A stretch of 64,000 nucleotides of DNA from Christensenellales bacterium (GTDB lineage Bacteria > Bacillota > Clostridia > Christensenellales > JBMNTQ01), in NCBI GenBank assembly GCA_050945835.1, contig JBMNTR010000001.1:84090-148089 (forward strand). The letters run 5' to 3'. Numbering within the stretch: the stretch's first letter is position 1; every line of letters starts with the position of its first letter. The notes beneath the pieces were generated by a model, which was not told where the DNA came from, ran no database searches, and saw nothing but the letters and a program-made list of their open reading frames with translations. A program made the position numbers and the translations under genes. This document shows, in pieces, positions 17,430 to 27,248 of this stretch.

Positions 17430-18755
17430 TTATGCGCCATAGGGCTGTGCGCCGGGCAGTATATACCCTGTTTGCCGGTAATAATCGAGCAGCAGATCCA
17501 CCACCAGCCCGTAGCTCTTGGTGCCTTGCTCTTGATGGTTGGCTTTTAAATAGAAATCGTTGATGACCTCCTGCGCTTCTGAAACAGGCCCCTCAAAGGA
17601 AGCCCAATAAGCGCTTGCATAGGCCCTGTCCCGTCGTACAGCGTCGCTCAGCGGCTCTGTTGCCTGCCAATACAGCTCGCGGGATTCGGCATACAATGCG
17701 TTGCCTGTGTAGGCGAGCGCCGTATACACGCCCGAATAGCGAAAATATACGTCGTCATGATAGGTGCAGGCGATAAACGCGGCGAAGTTCGCTTCCTCTT
17801 CCGGTGCGATGCCTATGGAATGCGCCATTTCATGTGAGGCTGTGAAGGGCAGATTAAAACCGGGCATATCGATATTGACATTGGGTTCAAATGTAAACGG
17901 GACATAGATTCCAGCGATCCCCAAATAGGACATTCCTTCGGAATACAAAACGGGCTTGGGGCGGGCATAGATTCCTTTCAACGCGGGAAAATCAGATTGC
18001 GCGCGCACATACCCTTCCCGGGTCATCGAAAAGAGTGTGTCTGTGCTGTGCGGAAGCTGCAGCACACCCTCCTCATCCTCCGGCAGGCTTTCACGCAGTT
18101 GTGAAGCTTCTATTGCCAATTGCCTGCAAAGCGTATACAACTCCTGCTGTGTGGAAAAGCTCGCGTGCAGCCCGAGACGGACCGCAAGGGGCGCGCGGTA
18201 ATAATGAAAGCCCCACAGCGTCAAAAAGCTGAACAAGATGATGGAGACCGCGCACAGCATACACGCAACGCTGCGCAGCAACGCGCGATACCAGTAGCGT
18301 CTGTAGTAGATCACACGTATGAGGCTGAACACGATATAACCGGCGGCGAGTAGACAAAACGCGTAAACGGCCAGTTCTGCGAGCGATATGGGCAGCAGGC
18401 TGAAAAGGCTGCCATACAACAGGCAGAGCACAGGATAGAAGAGCCGTGCGTAGATTTCAGCGAACGCGTCCATATGGACAGCCGCCGTATAGGCGAATAG
18501 TGTGGCCGTCATAAACCCGGCTGATGTGAGCAGCGGCGTTTTTAGGTTGAGCGCACGCCGTGTATAGCGTTGCTTTGGGGCATGTTTTTGTGCGGTGAAG
18601 GTATCCGAAATGCGCATGGCGGCGCTGCTGTGCCTGTGTTTTGACGCATCGGAATCTGCGGTGATCCCCGAGACACGCGCTCGATGCACGATTCCCTTGA
18701 GCTCTTCTTGTTTCACACAGGATCTCCCTTTCCGGACGAAAACGTCCAACCTCAA
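17430..18755 (-). CDS. DUF3810-family membrane protein (putative zinc metallopeptidase)
   Basis: Several TM helices. HEMAHSIGIAPEEEANFAAFIAC matches the DUF3810 HExxH...EANF pattern as I recall it. The start is uncertain, with a possible ATG at 18617. Confidence 0.65.
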   Translation of the reverse strand: MRLDVFVRKGRSCVKQEELKGIVHRARVSGITADSDASKHRHSSAAMRISDTFTAQKHAPKQRYTRRALNLKTPLLTSAGFMTATLFAYTAAVHMDAFAEIYARLFYPVLCLLYGSLFSLLPISLAELAVYAFCLLAAGYIVFSLIRVIYYRRYWYRALLRSVACMLCAVSIILFSFLTLWGFHYYRAPLAVRLGLHASFSTQQELYTLCRQLAIEASQLRESLPEDEEGVLQLPHSTDTLFSMTREGYVRAQSDFPALKGIYARPKPVLYSEGMSYLGIAGIYVPFTFEPNVNIDMPGFNLPFTASHEMAHSIGIAPEEEANFAAFIACTYHDDVYFRYSGVYTALAYTGNALYAESRELYWQATEPLSDAVRRDRAYASAYWASFEGPVSEAQEVINDFYLKANHQEQGTKSYGLVVDLLLDYYRQTGYILPGAQPYGA

Positions 18756-18970
18756 AACAGTTCAGCGCCGGGGCATCAAAAGGCGCGGTTTTGCGCATAG
18801 ACACACCCGGCGCAAACCGCCCGGCCCCCCACACCAATACATACAGGCGAGCGCATACCCGCCCTCATGATGTTGCGCGCAAGCCGTGCAACAGGCGCGC
18901 TCATCCCTGCTCTTCGCAAGCTGATAGCTAACAAGCAGCTTGTTTGCCCGGGAAAAGCGCGCGCGCAACG

Positions 18971-19378
18971 TTACAGATCCAGCAGACCTACATCGTTTTC
19001 CTCGAATATGCGGATAGCTTCTTTCGGCTTATCCACCCTGAATATGACCACGGCCTTGTGGTCGATGTGGCGCACCATGGAGTACAGGTATTCGATACTG
19101 ACCTGCCCCTGGCGCAGCAGATTCAATATGCGCGCAAGCCCGCCCGGCGCATCCGGCACCACCACGCCCATGACGTCGGTCAGCGTCGCGGCATAGCCGA
19201 ATTCGTGCAGCAAGGCTAGGGCTTTTTCCTTGTCGCTTACAATAGCGCGCACCATGCCGAAATTGGCGGTATCCGCTAAGGAAAGCGCCAGCAGATCGAT
19301 GCCGTTATCCCCCAGCAGCGTGCAAAAATCGGCGATTGCGCCGGTCGTATTTTCAATAAAGACAGAAATTTGTTTCAT
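18971..19378 (-). CDS. ACT domain-containing protein
   Basis: 135 aa, two ACT-like halves (QISVFIENTTGAIADFCTLLGDNGIDL). It has the typical position immediately downstream of paaK. Confidence 0.85.
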   Translation of the reverse strand: MKQISVFIENTTGAIADFCTLLGDNGIDLLALSLADTANFGMVRAIVSDKEKALALLHEFGYAATLTDVMGVVVPDAPGGLARILNLLRQGQVSIEYLYSMVRHIDHKAVVIFRVDKPKEAIRIFEENDVGLLDL

Positions 19379-19421
19379 CGTTTACCTCCCATACGGCGTT
19401 CTTTGCGAATCCTCCATATAC

Positions 19422-20747
19422 CTATTCGTATAGCTTGCGCTTATCGAGTATGCGTTTGGCTTTGCCTTCGCTGCGCTCGATGCTCCTAGGCTGCATGAGC
19501 CGTACCTTCGCGGAAAGCCCCAGTATATGCATGATGCTGCGTTGCAGCGTTTCACGCAGCTCCTCAATTTTGCGTACTTCGTCGTGTATCAGCTCAGGCG
19601 CCATCTCCACCTGCACTTCCAGGGAATCCAGATTGTTGATACGATCCACCACCAGCAGATAATGAGGCGAAATACCCGGTGTTGCGGTGAGCACCGTTTC
19701 GATCTGCGAGGGGAAGACGTTCACACCGCGTATGATGAGCATATCGTCGGTGCGCCCTGTCAAGCGGTGGATGCGCCGGTGTGTGCGCCCGCAGACGCAA
19801 GGCTCCGGTATGATGCAGGTGATGTCGTGTGTGCGGTAGCGTATGGTGGGGATGCCCTCCTTGCCCAATGTGGTGATGACGAGCTCGCCGAATTCGCCGT
19901 CGGGCAGCGGTTCGCCGGTGGCGGGATCCACGATTTCCACCAGGAAATAATCCTCCCAGACATGCAGGCCATATTTGGCTTCCTTGCATTCCATGGCCAC
20001 GCCCGGCCCCATGGTTTCAGACAAACCGTAGATATCCAATGCATCGATATGCATCAACTCCTCGATGTGGCTGCGCATGCCTTCTGTCCAGGGTTCTGCT
20101 CCGAAACAGCCTGCGCGCAGCTTGAAATTCTCCAGCGGGATGCCCATCTCATGGATTTTTTCAAATATCATCAGTGCATAAGAAGGCGTGCAGGCGAGTA
20201 TACTGGCGTTGAAGTCCTGCATCAGCATGATCTGCCGCATGGTGTTGCCCGATGAAATAGGCAGCGCCATAGCGCCTAGGCATTCGGCGCCGTAATGGAT
20301 GCCCATGCCGCCTGTAAACAGCCCGTATCCGTAGGCGACCTGCACCACATCGTTGCGTGTAGCGCCGGCGCAGCCTAAGGAGCGCGCACAACACTGCGCC
20401 CATATACCGATATCGTTCTGCGTGTAGCCCACGGTGGTCGGCTTTCCGGTGGTGCCGGAGGAAGCGTGCAGCCGCACGATCTGATCCATAGGCGCAGAAA
20501 ACATGCCGAAGGGGTATGTGTCCCGCAGATCTGTTTTGTTGGTAAAGGGGAGCCGCCTGATATCATCCAGCGACTGGATGTCCTGCGGGGCGACGCCGTG
20601 TTCGTCAAATAGCCGCCTGTAAAAGGGCGAATTTTGATAACAGTGAGAGACTGTGCCTTGAAGCTTGAACAACTGCAAGCTCTTGATTTGTGAGCGGCTC
20701 ATACACTCCATTTTTCGATCAAAGATCGCGACAGTGTTTTTATCCAT
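19422..20747 (-). CDS. paaK: phenylacetate-CoA ligase
   Basis: 441 aa. SSGTTGKPT AMP-binding motif and the typical PaaK N-terminus (ME.MSR.QI..LQL..L). Confidence 0.9.
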   Translation of the reverse strand: MDKNTVAIFDRKMECMSRSQIKSLQLFKLQGTVSHCYQNSPFYRRLFDEHGVAPQDIQSLDDIRRLPFTNKTDLRDTYPFGMFSAPMDQIVRLHASSGTTGKPTTVGYTQNDIGIWAQCCARSLGCAGATRNDVVQVAYGYGLFTGGMGIHYGAECLGAMALPISSGNTMRQIMLMQDFNASILACTPSYALMIFEKIHEMGIPLENFKLRAGCFGAEPWTEGMRSHIEELMHIDALDIYGLSETMGPGVAMECKEAKYGLHVWEDYFLVEIVDPATGEPLPDGEFGELVITTLGKEGIPTIRYRTHDITCIIPEPCVCGRTHRRIHRLTGRTDDMLIIRGVNVFPSQIETVLTATPGISPHYLLVVDRINNLDSLEVQVEMAPELIHDEVRKIEELRETLQRSIMHILGLSAKVRLMQPRSIERSEGKAKRILDKRKLYE

Positions 20748-20986
20748 CGATATTATTGCCTCCAGAATGCTCGTAATAACAGTAAATAAACGTATTCAGT
20801 CATAACAATATGGTGTATAATATTAAACGCAACAAGATTAAGATATAAAACAGCCGAAAACTATTTTATGACATAAATCAACATCATTATACAATAACTT
20901 CGATGCAATGAACAGGTTTATTTTTGCCATATATAAGACCATGCAGTTGGTAAATAATGCAAAACTAGAAAGGGCGCTGAAGAAGG

Positions 20987-22963
20987 TTGAAAACAATATG
21001 CCACGTTGTGAAGGGCAGATGGGGATTGCAAGAGGACCTAGCGGGGATGCTGTCAACAGTGGCCAATGAGTTTAAGAGCATGGTCACCGTCTCCTGTAAA
21101 GGCAAGCGCGCCAACGCAAAACAATTGAGAGAAATCCTTAAACTGGCAGCACAATACGGGGATCTGCTGGCGATCCGTATCGAAGGGGAGGACGCACTGC
21201 AAGCACAGCGGTGTATTGTAAATGTGCTGTCTAAAATATCTTCAGAACAGCAAGAGGAAAGCGAAAAGCCTCAGGAAGACGAAGCGGATGCCGAACAATA
21301 CCGCGACACGGTTTTCTGTGGAGGTACAGTCACGGGTGTGATTCATTTTTTAAAGCGAAAACAGCATTGCATGGATGTGGAAAAGCATCGTGCGGGTGAT
21401 GAAAAAGAGCGGTTCAACGCCGCGCGCAGCCAGATATGCGACAAGCTTAAAAAATGTGCGGATGCCATGCGTGAAACAGACGCCGGTATCGCACTGATTT
21501 TCGAAACACAAATCATGGTGCTGGGCGAGGAAGAGCTGGGCGGCGCCGTCAACTGGCTGATCGATATCGGGTTCAGCGCGGAGGACGCCATCAGCCGAAT
21601 CGCGCAGCACTACCAGCAGGCGGCCGAGAATTCGGGCGATATGCTCAACGAGCGCATGATGAATGTTTGTGATCTGGCCGCCTGGCTGCTGCATGCCTTA
21701 AAAGGAGACTTGCAGCAATCAGGCGCGGAGATGAAAGGGAAAGTAGTCGCGGCCGAGTTGATCAGCGTGACGCAGCTGCTTTCCCTTCAGCAGAGCGGGG
21801 TTACCGCAGTGGTCACGAAAAAAGGATCTATGAATTCGCATGTCACCCAACTGGCCAGTGGATTTGACATGACCTATGTGGGAGCGCTGGAAGAAGAGTT
21901 TGACAGCTTGCTGGCCCACGAAGGTGAGTACGTGGTGGTCGACGGCAGCACAGGCGTGATCCATCTGGCGCGGGAGCCTTTAGAAGAACAGGCGCAGAGC
22001 ACACAGCAAAGCAGACGCGATGCAAAGCCGGCGATCTCCTTAAACGGAAAACACATTCCCGTTTTAGCCAGCGTAGGTACGCTGGAGGGGTTGCAGACAG
22101 CGATCCGTAACGGAGCGGACGGCATCGGGCTTTTGCGCAGCGAGCTGTTGTGTACGCCCGACATGAGCTGGGAGACGCAGTGCTTCATGTATCGGCAGGC
22201 TGCCAGTTTAGCGGGCGGGAAGTGTTTGACCATACGAACATTTGATTACACGGCGGATAAAATGGGGGCCCACGAAGCACCCGCAATGGGTGTTCGCGGC
22301 GTGCGGGGGGTACTCCAGAACGAACAGGAGATGTACACGCAACTCTGTGCCATACTGGTTGCGTCTGTGCAGGGTGAGATCGATATCATGCTGCCCATGG
22401 TGAGCATGGCGGAAGAGGTCCGGCTTATACGCGGTATGATGGAGGATATCAAAAAAGAGCTGAGCAGCCAAGGCATACCCTATCGCGACGATATCAAGCT
22501 GGGCGTGATGATCGAAACACCCTCCTCCGCCATCATCAGCGATGTGCTGGCCAAAGAATCGGACTTTTTTGCCATTGGATCCGGCGATCTCACACAGTTC
22601 ACCATGGCTGCGGACAGAAGTGAGTCTCGCTTGCATGCGTATTACGATGTCGGCAATGAAGCGGTGTTGAGACTGATCCGTTTTACCGCCATGAACGCAC
22701 ACCGCGCAGGCATACCGGTGTTTATCTGCGGCGAAATGCAGGCGGATAAACAAACGGTACAAAAGATACTGCAAACGGGTGTGGGCGCCATATCCACAGC
22801 CATGAACCGCATCCACTGGATGAAGGAGATCATACGCGAAACGGACATCGGCGAGCATACGTGTGTTGCACTTCAGAGTGTTTTAGAGGACGGGGCGTCC
22901 GAATCAGGCAGTTCCGATCCCGTTGCGCAGGTGGAATCGGCATCCATCTGTGAGAGTGGATGA
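20987..22963 (+). CDS. PTS Enzyme I-like PEP-utilising enzyme fused to an N-terminal degenerate HPr-like domain
   Basis: N-terminal ~85 aa align to HPr, but GLQEDLA replaces GIHARPA and NAKQ replaces NLKS. EI motifs are present: GSMNSHVTQLA (phospho-His), GIGLLRSELL, IRTFDYTADK, MLPMVS, GVMIETP, FAIGSGDLTQFT, ICGEMQAD. The TTG start is uncertain. Confidence 0.8.
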   Translation: MKTICHVVKGRWGLQEDLAGMLSTVANEFKSMVTVSCKGKRANAKQLREILKLAAQYGDLLAIRIEGEDALQAQRCIVNVLSKISSEQQEESEKPQEDEADAEQYRDTVFCGGTVTGVIHFLKRKQHCMDVEKHRAGDEKERFNAARSQICDKLKKCADAMRETDAGIALIFETQIMVLGEEELGGAVNWLIDIGFSAEDAISRIAQHYQQAAENSGDMLNERMMNVCDLAAWLLHALKGDLQQSGAEMKGKVVAAELISVTQLLSLQQSGVTAVVTKKGSMNSHVTQLASGFDMTYVGALEEEFDSLLAHEGEYVVVDGSTGVIHLAREPLEEQAQSTQQSRRDAKPAISLNGKHIPVLASVGTLEGLQTAIRNGADGIGLLRSELLCTPDMSWETQCFMYRQAASLAGGKCLTIRTFDYTADKMGAHEAPAMGVRGVRGVLQNEQEMYTQLCAILVASVQGEIDIMLPMVSMAEEVRLIRGMMEDIKKELSSQGIPYRDDIKLGVMIETPSSAIISDVLAKESDFFAIGSGDLTQFTMAADRSESRLHAYYDVGNEAVLRLIRFTAMNAHRAGIPVFICGEMQADKQTVQKILQTGVGAISTAMNRIHWMKEIIRETDIGEHTCVALQSVLEDGASESGSSDPVAQVESASICESG

Positions 22964-23169
22964 GCGCACGGTATTATGAAAAGCGAAGGGCGTTATGCGC
23001 AGGCCGGAGGAATGACGCCGAAGCATAAATACGAACGGCGCTGCAAAAACAAGCATTCAAGCAGGCGTCGTTTTTTGCAGCGCGCAGCAAACCCGGAGGA
23101 TCAGCGCTTGACCTCGGCCAAGGCATGTGGGATAATAAACGCGATTCTAACATTTGGAGACACCCCGCT

Positions 23170-25104
23170 ATGCATATAACAGCGTGCTACATCGTAAGAA
23201 ATGAAGAGCAAAACATCAGACGTTCCATCGAAAGCCTGAAAGACGTGTGCGCCGAAATTGTGGTGGTGGACACCGGCTCTGAGGACGCCACGGTGAAAAC
23301 GGCAAAAGAGCTGGGCGCCGATGTGTATCATTTCGAATGGGTGAATGATTTTTCAAAGGCGCGCAACTTTGCGCTGTCCAAGACGAAGGGCGATGCGGTC
23401 ATCTTTCTGGATGCGGACGAATGGTTTGTGAACCCCTTGACCCAAGAACATGTGCAGCGCCTGAAAGAGGAGCTGGCATCGGGCGCGGATGTGTTCACGC
23501 TCCCTTTTCGGAATATTTCCGGGCAAGATGTGTCGGAGCCTTTCTTTTTAACGCGCATTTTCAGGAACCATACGGGTATTCAATATATTGAGCCTATACA
23601 CGAAACCATCAACAAGACGACGAATTCTAAAAGGCTGCCCGACAGCTTTTTGGTCTATCATTCCGGCTATGAAACCGATGTTTTCGAAGACAAGCTTAAG
23701 CGTAATCTGCATGTGCTGAAAGCCCGGCTGGAAAATGAAAAATCCCCGATTCACCGCATCGTATGTTATTTCTATATCGCACGCGAGTCTTTAAGCTTGT
23801 CACGACCAGAGGATGCTGCCCGCTATTTAAAGCTTTTTTTCAAGCAATGGAGCCCGAAAAGATTTCCCACCATTCAAAACATCGCGATCGCGGCCCATCA
23901 ACTGCGCATAAAGCTTGTGTCCGAGCATCCGGACCATGCGCCGGGTGATGAGATATGTAAAGAGTATGTGGCGCAATTCATAAAGGAATTCCCCGCACAC
24001 CCGGTGTCAAGGTTTAGTGAGGCGCAATTCTATTATGCGCGCCAAGGGGATTTTCGCCGTGCGCGCGCGGCGATCCGTGAGATGGAAGCGTTGGCGCAAA
24101 GCTATGACGCCAAAGAATTCCCGCACGACATCACCAACATAGAGCTTTTCATGCAGGGTGCGTTGTCCATGAAGGCCGCGATAGACTACGGTCTGGGCGA
24201 CCAGGCGGCGGCGCTGGATACGCTGATCACGCTTTTTAAAGGTTACGCGCTGGATCCGAAGCTGTTTTTGCTGCTGCTGCACATCATCAAGCACCAGCCG
24301 GCCGCCGAGATCATCGCCTTTATACAGGCGCTCAAGGGTACGCTTACTGTGGCCGAGCTGGAAGGGATACTCCGACAGCTTCTTTATTTTCCGGCGCTGA
24401 AGGATGTCTATATCCACTATTGCATGGAACACCTCAAAAAAACGCAGCGGCACAGCAGCTTCAGCGCAATCGCGTCGCTGCTGGAAAAAGGCCGTGAACG
24501 GCACGCCGTCAAGGTCGCGCAGGATCTATCAAAAGCCGACAGGCAATCCTCCGATGTGCTCCTGTGTGCCGCCCTCTTTTGTGCGAACGACGCAGCGCTC
24601 TGTGCGTCTTTACCCAAAAACGGGCGCATCGACCGGCTGTTAGCCGGCTGCTTTACGGGGGATGCTTTGGAAAACTTTACCATATATGAGCTGACCATCC
24701 TTTCGGAGGCGATGAAGATCATGCTCTTTGCAAGCCGCGAAGGGGCGGTCGGGCGGATGATGAAGCTCATGGAGGGCTATACATACGAGCGCTATTTGAT
24801 GCGGCACAACTATTCACTCATGGCGCAGGATTACCGCTCCATACTGCAGACGCTGGACTTTGATCCGGACACGCTGCCGCCTTCGGCTTGTTCCAACACG
24901 CACCTGCTGCTTGGGATTGCCAACCGGGAATTGCGCCTGTATGATGCTGCTTTTGCGCATTTTGAAAAAGCGCTGCTGGCAAGCCCGAACAACCGTGAGC
25001 TCTATAAAGAATGCCGTGTGCTGTACAGCATGGCGCCCGGCTATGAGCAGTGGGTGAAACAGCTGATACAGCAGCATGAGCGCATGAGAAGCGCGGCTGA
25101 ATAA
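23170..25104 (+). CDS. family 2 glycosyltransferase with a C-terminal TPR-like helical repeat region
   Basis: ITACYIVRNEEQNIRRSIESL...VVVDTGSEDAT...FLDADE is a GT2 DxD core. A long helical C-terminal region follows. Promoter: TTGACC, 17 nt spacer, GATAAT at 23107-23135. Confidence 0.8.
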   Translation: MHITACYIVRNEEQNIRRSIESLKDVCAEIVVVDTGSEDATVKTAKELGADVYHFEWVNDFSKARNFALSKTKGDAVIFLDADEWFVNPLTQEHVQRLKEELASGADVFTLPFRNISGQDVSEPFFLTRIFRNHTGIQYIEPIHETINKTTNSKRLPDSFLVYHSGYETDVFEDKLKRNLHVLKARLENEKSPIHRIVCYFYIARESLSLSRPEDAARYLKLFFKQWSPKRFPTIQNIAIAAHQLRIKLVSEHPDHAPGDEICKEYVAQFIKEFPAHPVSRFSEAQFYYARQGDFRRARAAIREMEALAQSYDAKEFPHDITNIELFMQGALSMKAAIDYGLGDQAAALDTLITLFKGYALDPKLFLLLLHIIKHQPAAEIIAFIQALKGTLTVAELEGILRQLLYFPALKDVYIHYCMEHLKKTQRHSSFSAIASLLEKGRERHAVKVAQDLSKADRQSSDVLLCAALFCANDAALCASLPKNGRIDRLLAGCFTGDALENFTIYELTILSEAMKIMLFASREGAVGRMMKLMEGYTYERYLMRHNYSLMAQDYRSILQTLDFDPDTLPPSACSNTHLLLGIANRELRLYDAAFAHFEKALLASPNNRELYKECRVLYSMAPGYEQWVKQLIQQHERMRSAAE

Positions 25105-25324
25105 GAGCAGCCCTGCCTTTGTGGTGTGTGCGGAGTTTTCTGATGAAAAGCTGCATGAAAACAGCCCGAAGAGTAAAAAATCGATCTATTGAAGCGTGCC
25201 TTCTTTGTGCAGGGGATGAACGAAGGCTGTCTGCCGGGTGCAAGATCAGATGTTAGAAGCACATGAATCCTTTTGGCCGTTTGGCGAAGAGGTTGTGGGT
25301 GTATGGATAGAGGAGTGTTGAAGA

Positions 25325-26047
25325 ATGTCTGTAGAGATACTGCCCATCGTCGAGCAACAAGATGAGCAGATTAGAATCGTCGGCTACGAAGAACGGGAGA
25401 AGATCCACCGCGAAGGGCTGCGGCATGTGACCTCGCTGGTGCTCCCTGTTTTCGCACAGAACCGACGCAAAGTTTTAACGCTGGATAAATTCAATAAAGC
25501 GCGGAAGAAAGCGCAGCTAAGGGGTATGCCCGCTCCGCAGCGCAAGCCGCAGATCGATGTGTTTGGCGGCCATGTTACGCAGCAGGAGCTTCGGCTTAAG
25601 GACAGGAGCGAAGGCATACTCAGCGGCGAGACCATGCGCAGGAGCGCGTTGAAGGAATTGAGCGAGGAGCTCTTTCTTGTCAGCGATTCCAAACTATACG
25701 CTTATCCTGTGGATGCAAGCAAGCTGTATGAGCTGGGCTGGTTTGCGTATGAGGGCTGCGGCAATAACGAACTGGGCTTCGCTTTTCTCTATATGCTGGA
25801 CGGCTACCCGGATAACGACCGCTTTATGGGCGCGGACTGTGTGTTGAGCGCGGAGTCGGGCGTTGAAGAGATCAGCCTGGACACGAATATCTACACCATC
25901 ATGGAGTTGTTAAAGAAAAACCGTCTTGAGAATGAAAGCGTGCAGTCCTATGAGATCTGTGACGGTTTAAAGCGCCTGTTAGACGAGCAGGACACGCTGC
26001 TTCCGCTGCTGGAAAAGACGTTGTGCATCCCCATCCGGCTGACCTGA
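25325..26047 (+). CDS. divergent NUDIX-fold (IDI-like) protein, function unknown
   Basis: HREGLRHVTS...FGGHV...SGETMRRSALKELSEELFL resembles a Nudix box with REL>KEL and EETG>EELF substitutions and a basic insertion. Confidence 0.45.
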   Translation: MSVEILPIVEQQDEQIRIVGYEEREKIHREGLRHVTSLVLPVFAQNRRKVLTLDKFNKARKKAQLRGMPAPQRKPQIDVFGGHVTQQELRLKDRSEGILSGETMRRSALKELSEELFLVSDSKLYAYPVDASKLYELGWFAYEGCGNNELGFAFLYMLDGYPDNDRFMGADCVLSAESGVEEISLDTNIYTIMELLKKNRLENESVQSYEICDGLKRLLDEQDTLLPLLEKTLCIPIRLT

Positions 26048-26182
26048 CAGGCCTGTAACACACAACAAACGGCATTTTTGCATTGAAATCGTTACATGTT
26101 TCAAGTATACTTAAAAGTAACAAATGATCGGATATCAGGCTGTTTATAAATCAAATCATTATTTTTTAAGGAGTGGACGCAC

Positions 26183-27046
26183 ATGAAGAAAAAATATGCC
26201 GGTGAAACGTACACATTGTCCAACGGGGTGAAAGTACCGGTGATCGCGCTGGGCACCGCGCTGACGGACGACGGCGCCACAGCGGCGCGCTGCGTGATGG
26301 AAGCGGTGGAAGTGGGATACCGCAGCATCGATACCGCCGAAGCCTACAAGAACCAAAAAGGGATCGGAGAGGGCATCGCGAATTGCGGATTAAAGCGTGA
26401 AGAACTCTATATCACATCCAAAGTTTGGAACAACAACCATGGCTATGAGAACACCATCAAGGATTTCAAGAACACGTTGAAAGATCTGCAGCTGGATTAT
26501 ATCGATCAGTTCCTCATCCATTGGCCAGGCCCGCCCGAGAGTTTTATACCCACCTGGAAGGCTCTGGAAACGATGTATAAGGATGGTCTTGTGCGTGCGA
26601 TCGGGGTGAGCAACTTCAAAGCGCACCATCTCAAAACACTCATGGACAATGCCGAAATCATGCCCATGGTGGATCAGCTTGAGCACCATCCGGTGTTTAT
26701 TCCGGTTGAAGAGATCGAATTCTGTCGTGCCAACGGCATACAGCTTGAAGCCTGGCGGCCGATCTGCTGGGGTGTGCTCGATCAATACGAGATCATGCAT
26801 GAGCTTGCAAAAAAATACGAAAAATCCACCACACAGATCGCTCTGCGCTGGCATCTGCAGCGTGGAATCCGCCCGCTGCCCAAGACGGTGCGCAAAAGCC
26901 GTATGATCGAGAATATCGATGTGTTTGACTTCGATATGGCCCAAGAGGAGATCGACGCGATCAGCGCGCTGAACACAGGGGTACGGCAATCGGGTCAGGA
27001 TCCGGATACGTTCTTCCTGGTGGAAATGCCCATCATCACCGAATAA
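26183..27046 (+). CDS. aldo/keto reductase
   Basis: LGT...GYRSIDTAEAYKNQ...ITSKVWN...IHWP... is the AKR catalytic tetrad context. RBS AAGGAG. Confidence 0.9.
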   Translation: MKKKYAGETYTLSNGVKVPVIALGTALTDDGATAARCVMEAVEVGYRSIDTAEAYKNQKGIGEGIANCGLKREELYITSKVWNNNHGYENTIKDFKNTLKDLQLDYIDQFLIHWPGPPESFIPTWKALETMYKDGLVRAIGVSNFKAHHLKTLMDNAEIMPMVDQLEHHPVFIPVEEIEFCRANGIQLEAWRPICWGVLDQYEIMHELAKKYEKSTTQIALRWHLQRGIRPLPKTVRKSRMIENIDVFDFDMAQEEIDAISALNTGVRQSGQDPDTFFLVEMPIITE

Positions 27047-27061
27047 AACATATGCAATGCG

Positions 27062-27088
27062 AGCGGGCCGTTCTTGGCCCGCTTTTTG
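27062..27088 (+). terminator. rho-independent terminator
   Basis: AGCGGGCC-GTTCTT-GGCCCGCTTTTT. Confidence 0.85.
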
Positions 27089-27190
27089 TCTGCTCTTCCA
27101 TTCGAAAAAAGGTTTGTACACAATCTAAGGCTTTGTTGGGGGGACACAAAAAAATATTGTATGCGTATAATTGAAAATATGCTATTGATT

Positions 27191-27227
27191 TCCCATATGT
27201 TTTCATGTAGCATGAAAACATATGGGA
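27191..27227 (+). promoter_or_regulatory. perfect 17-bp inverted repeat (hairpin or operator) in the 5' region of the DUF1292 gene
   Basis: TCCCATATGTTTTCATG-TAG-CATGAAAACATATGGGA. It ends 21 nt before the ATG at 27249. Confidence 0.6.
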
Positions 27228-27248
27228 CCATAGAAAGGGGCATTGAAT

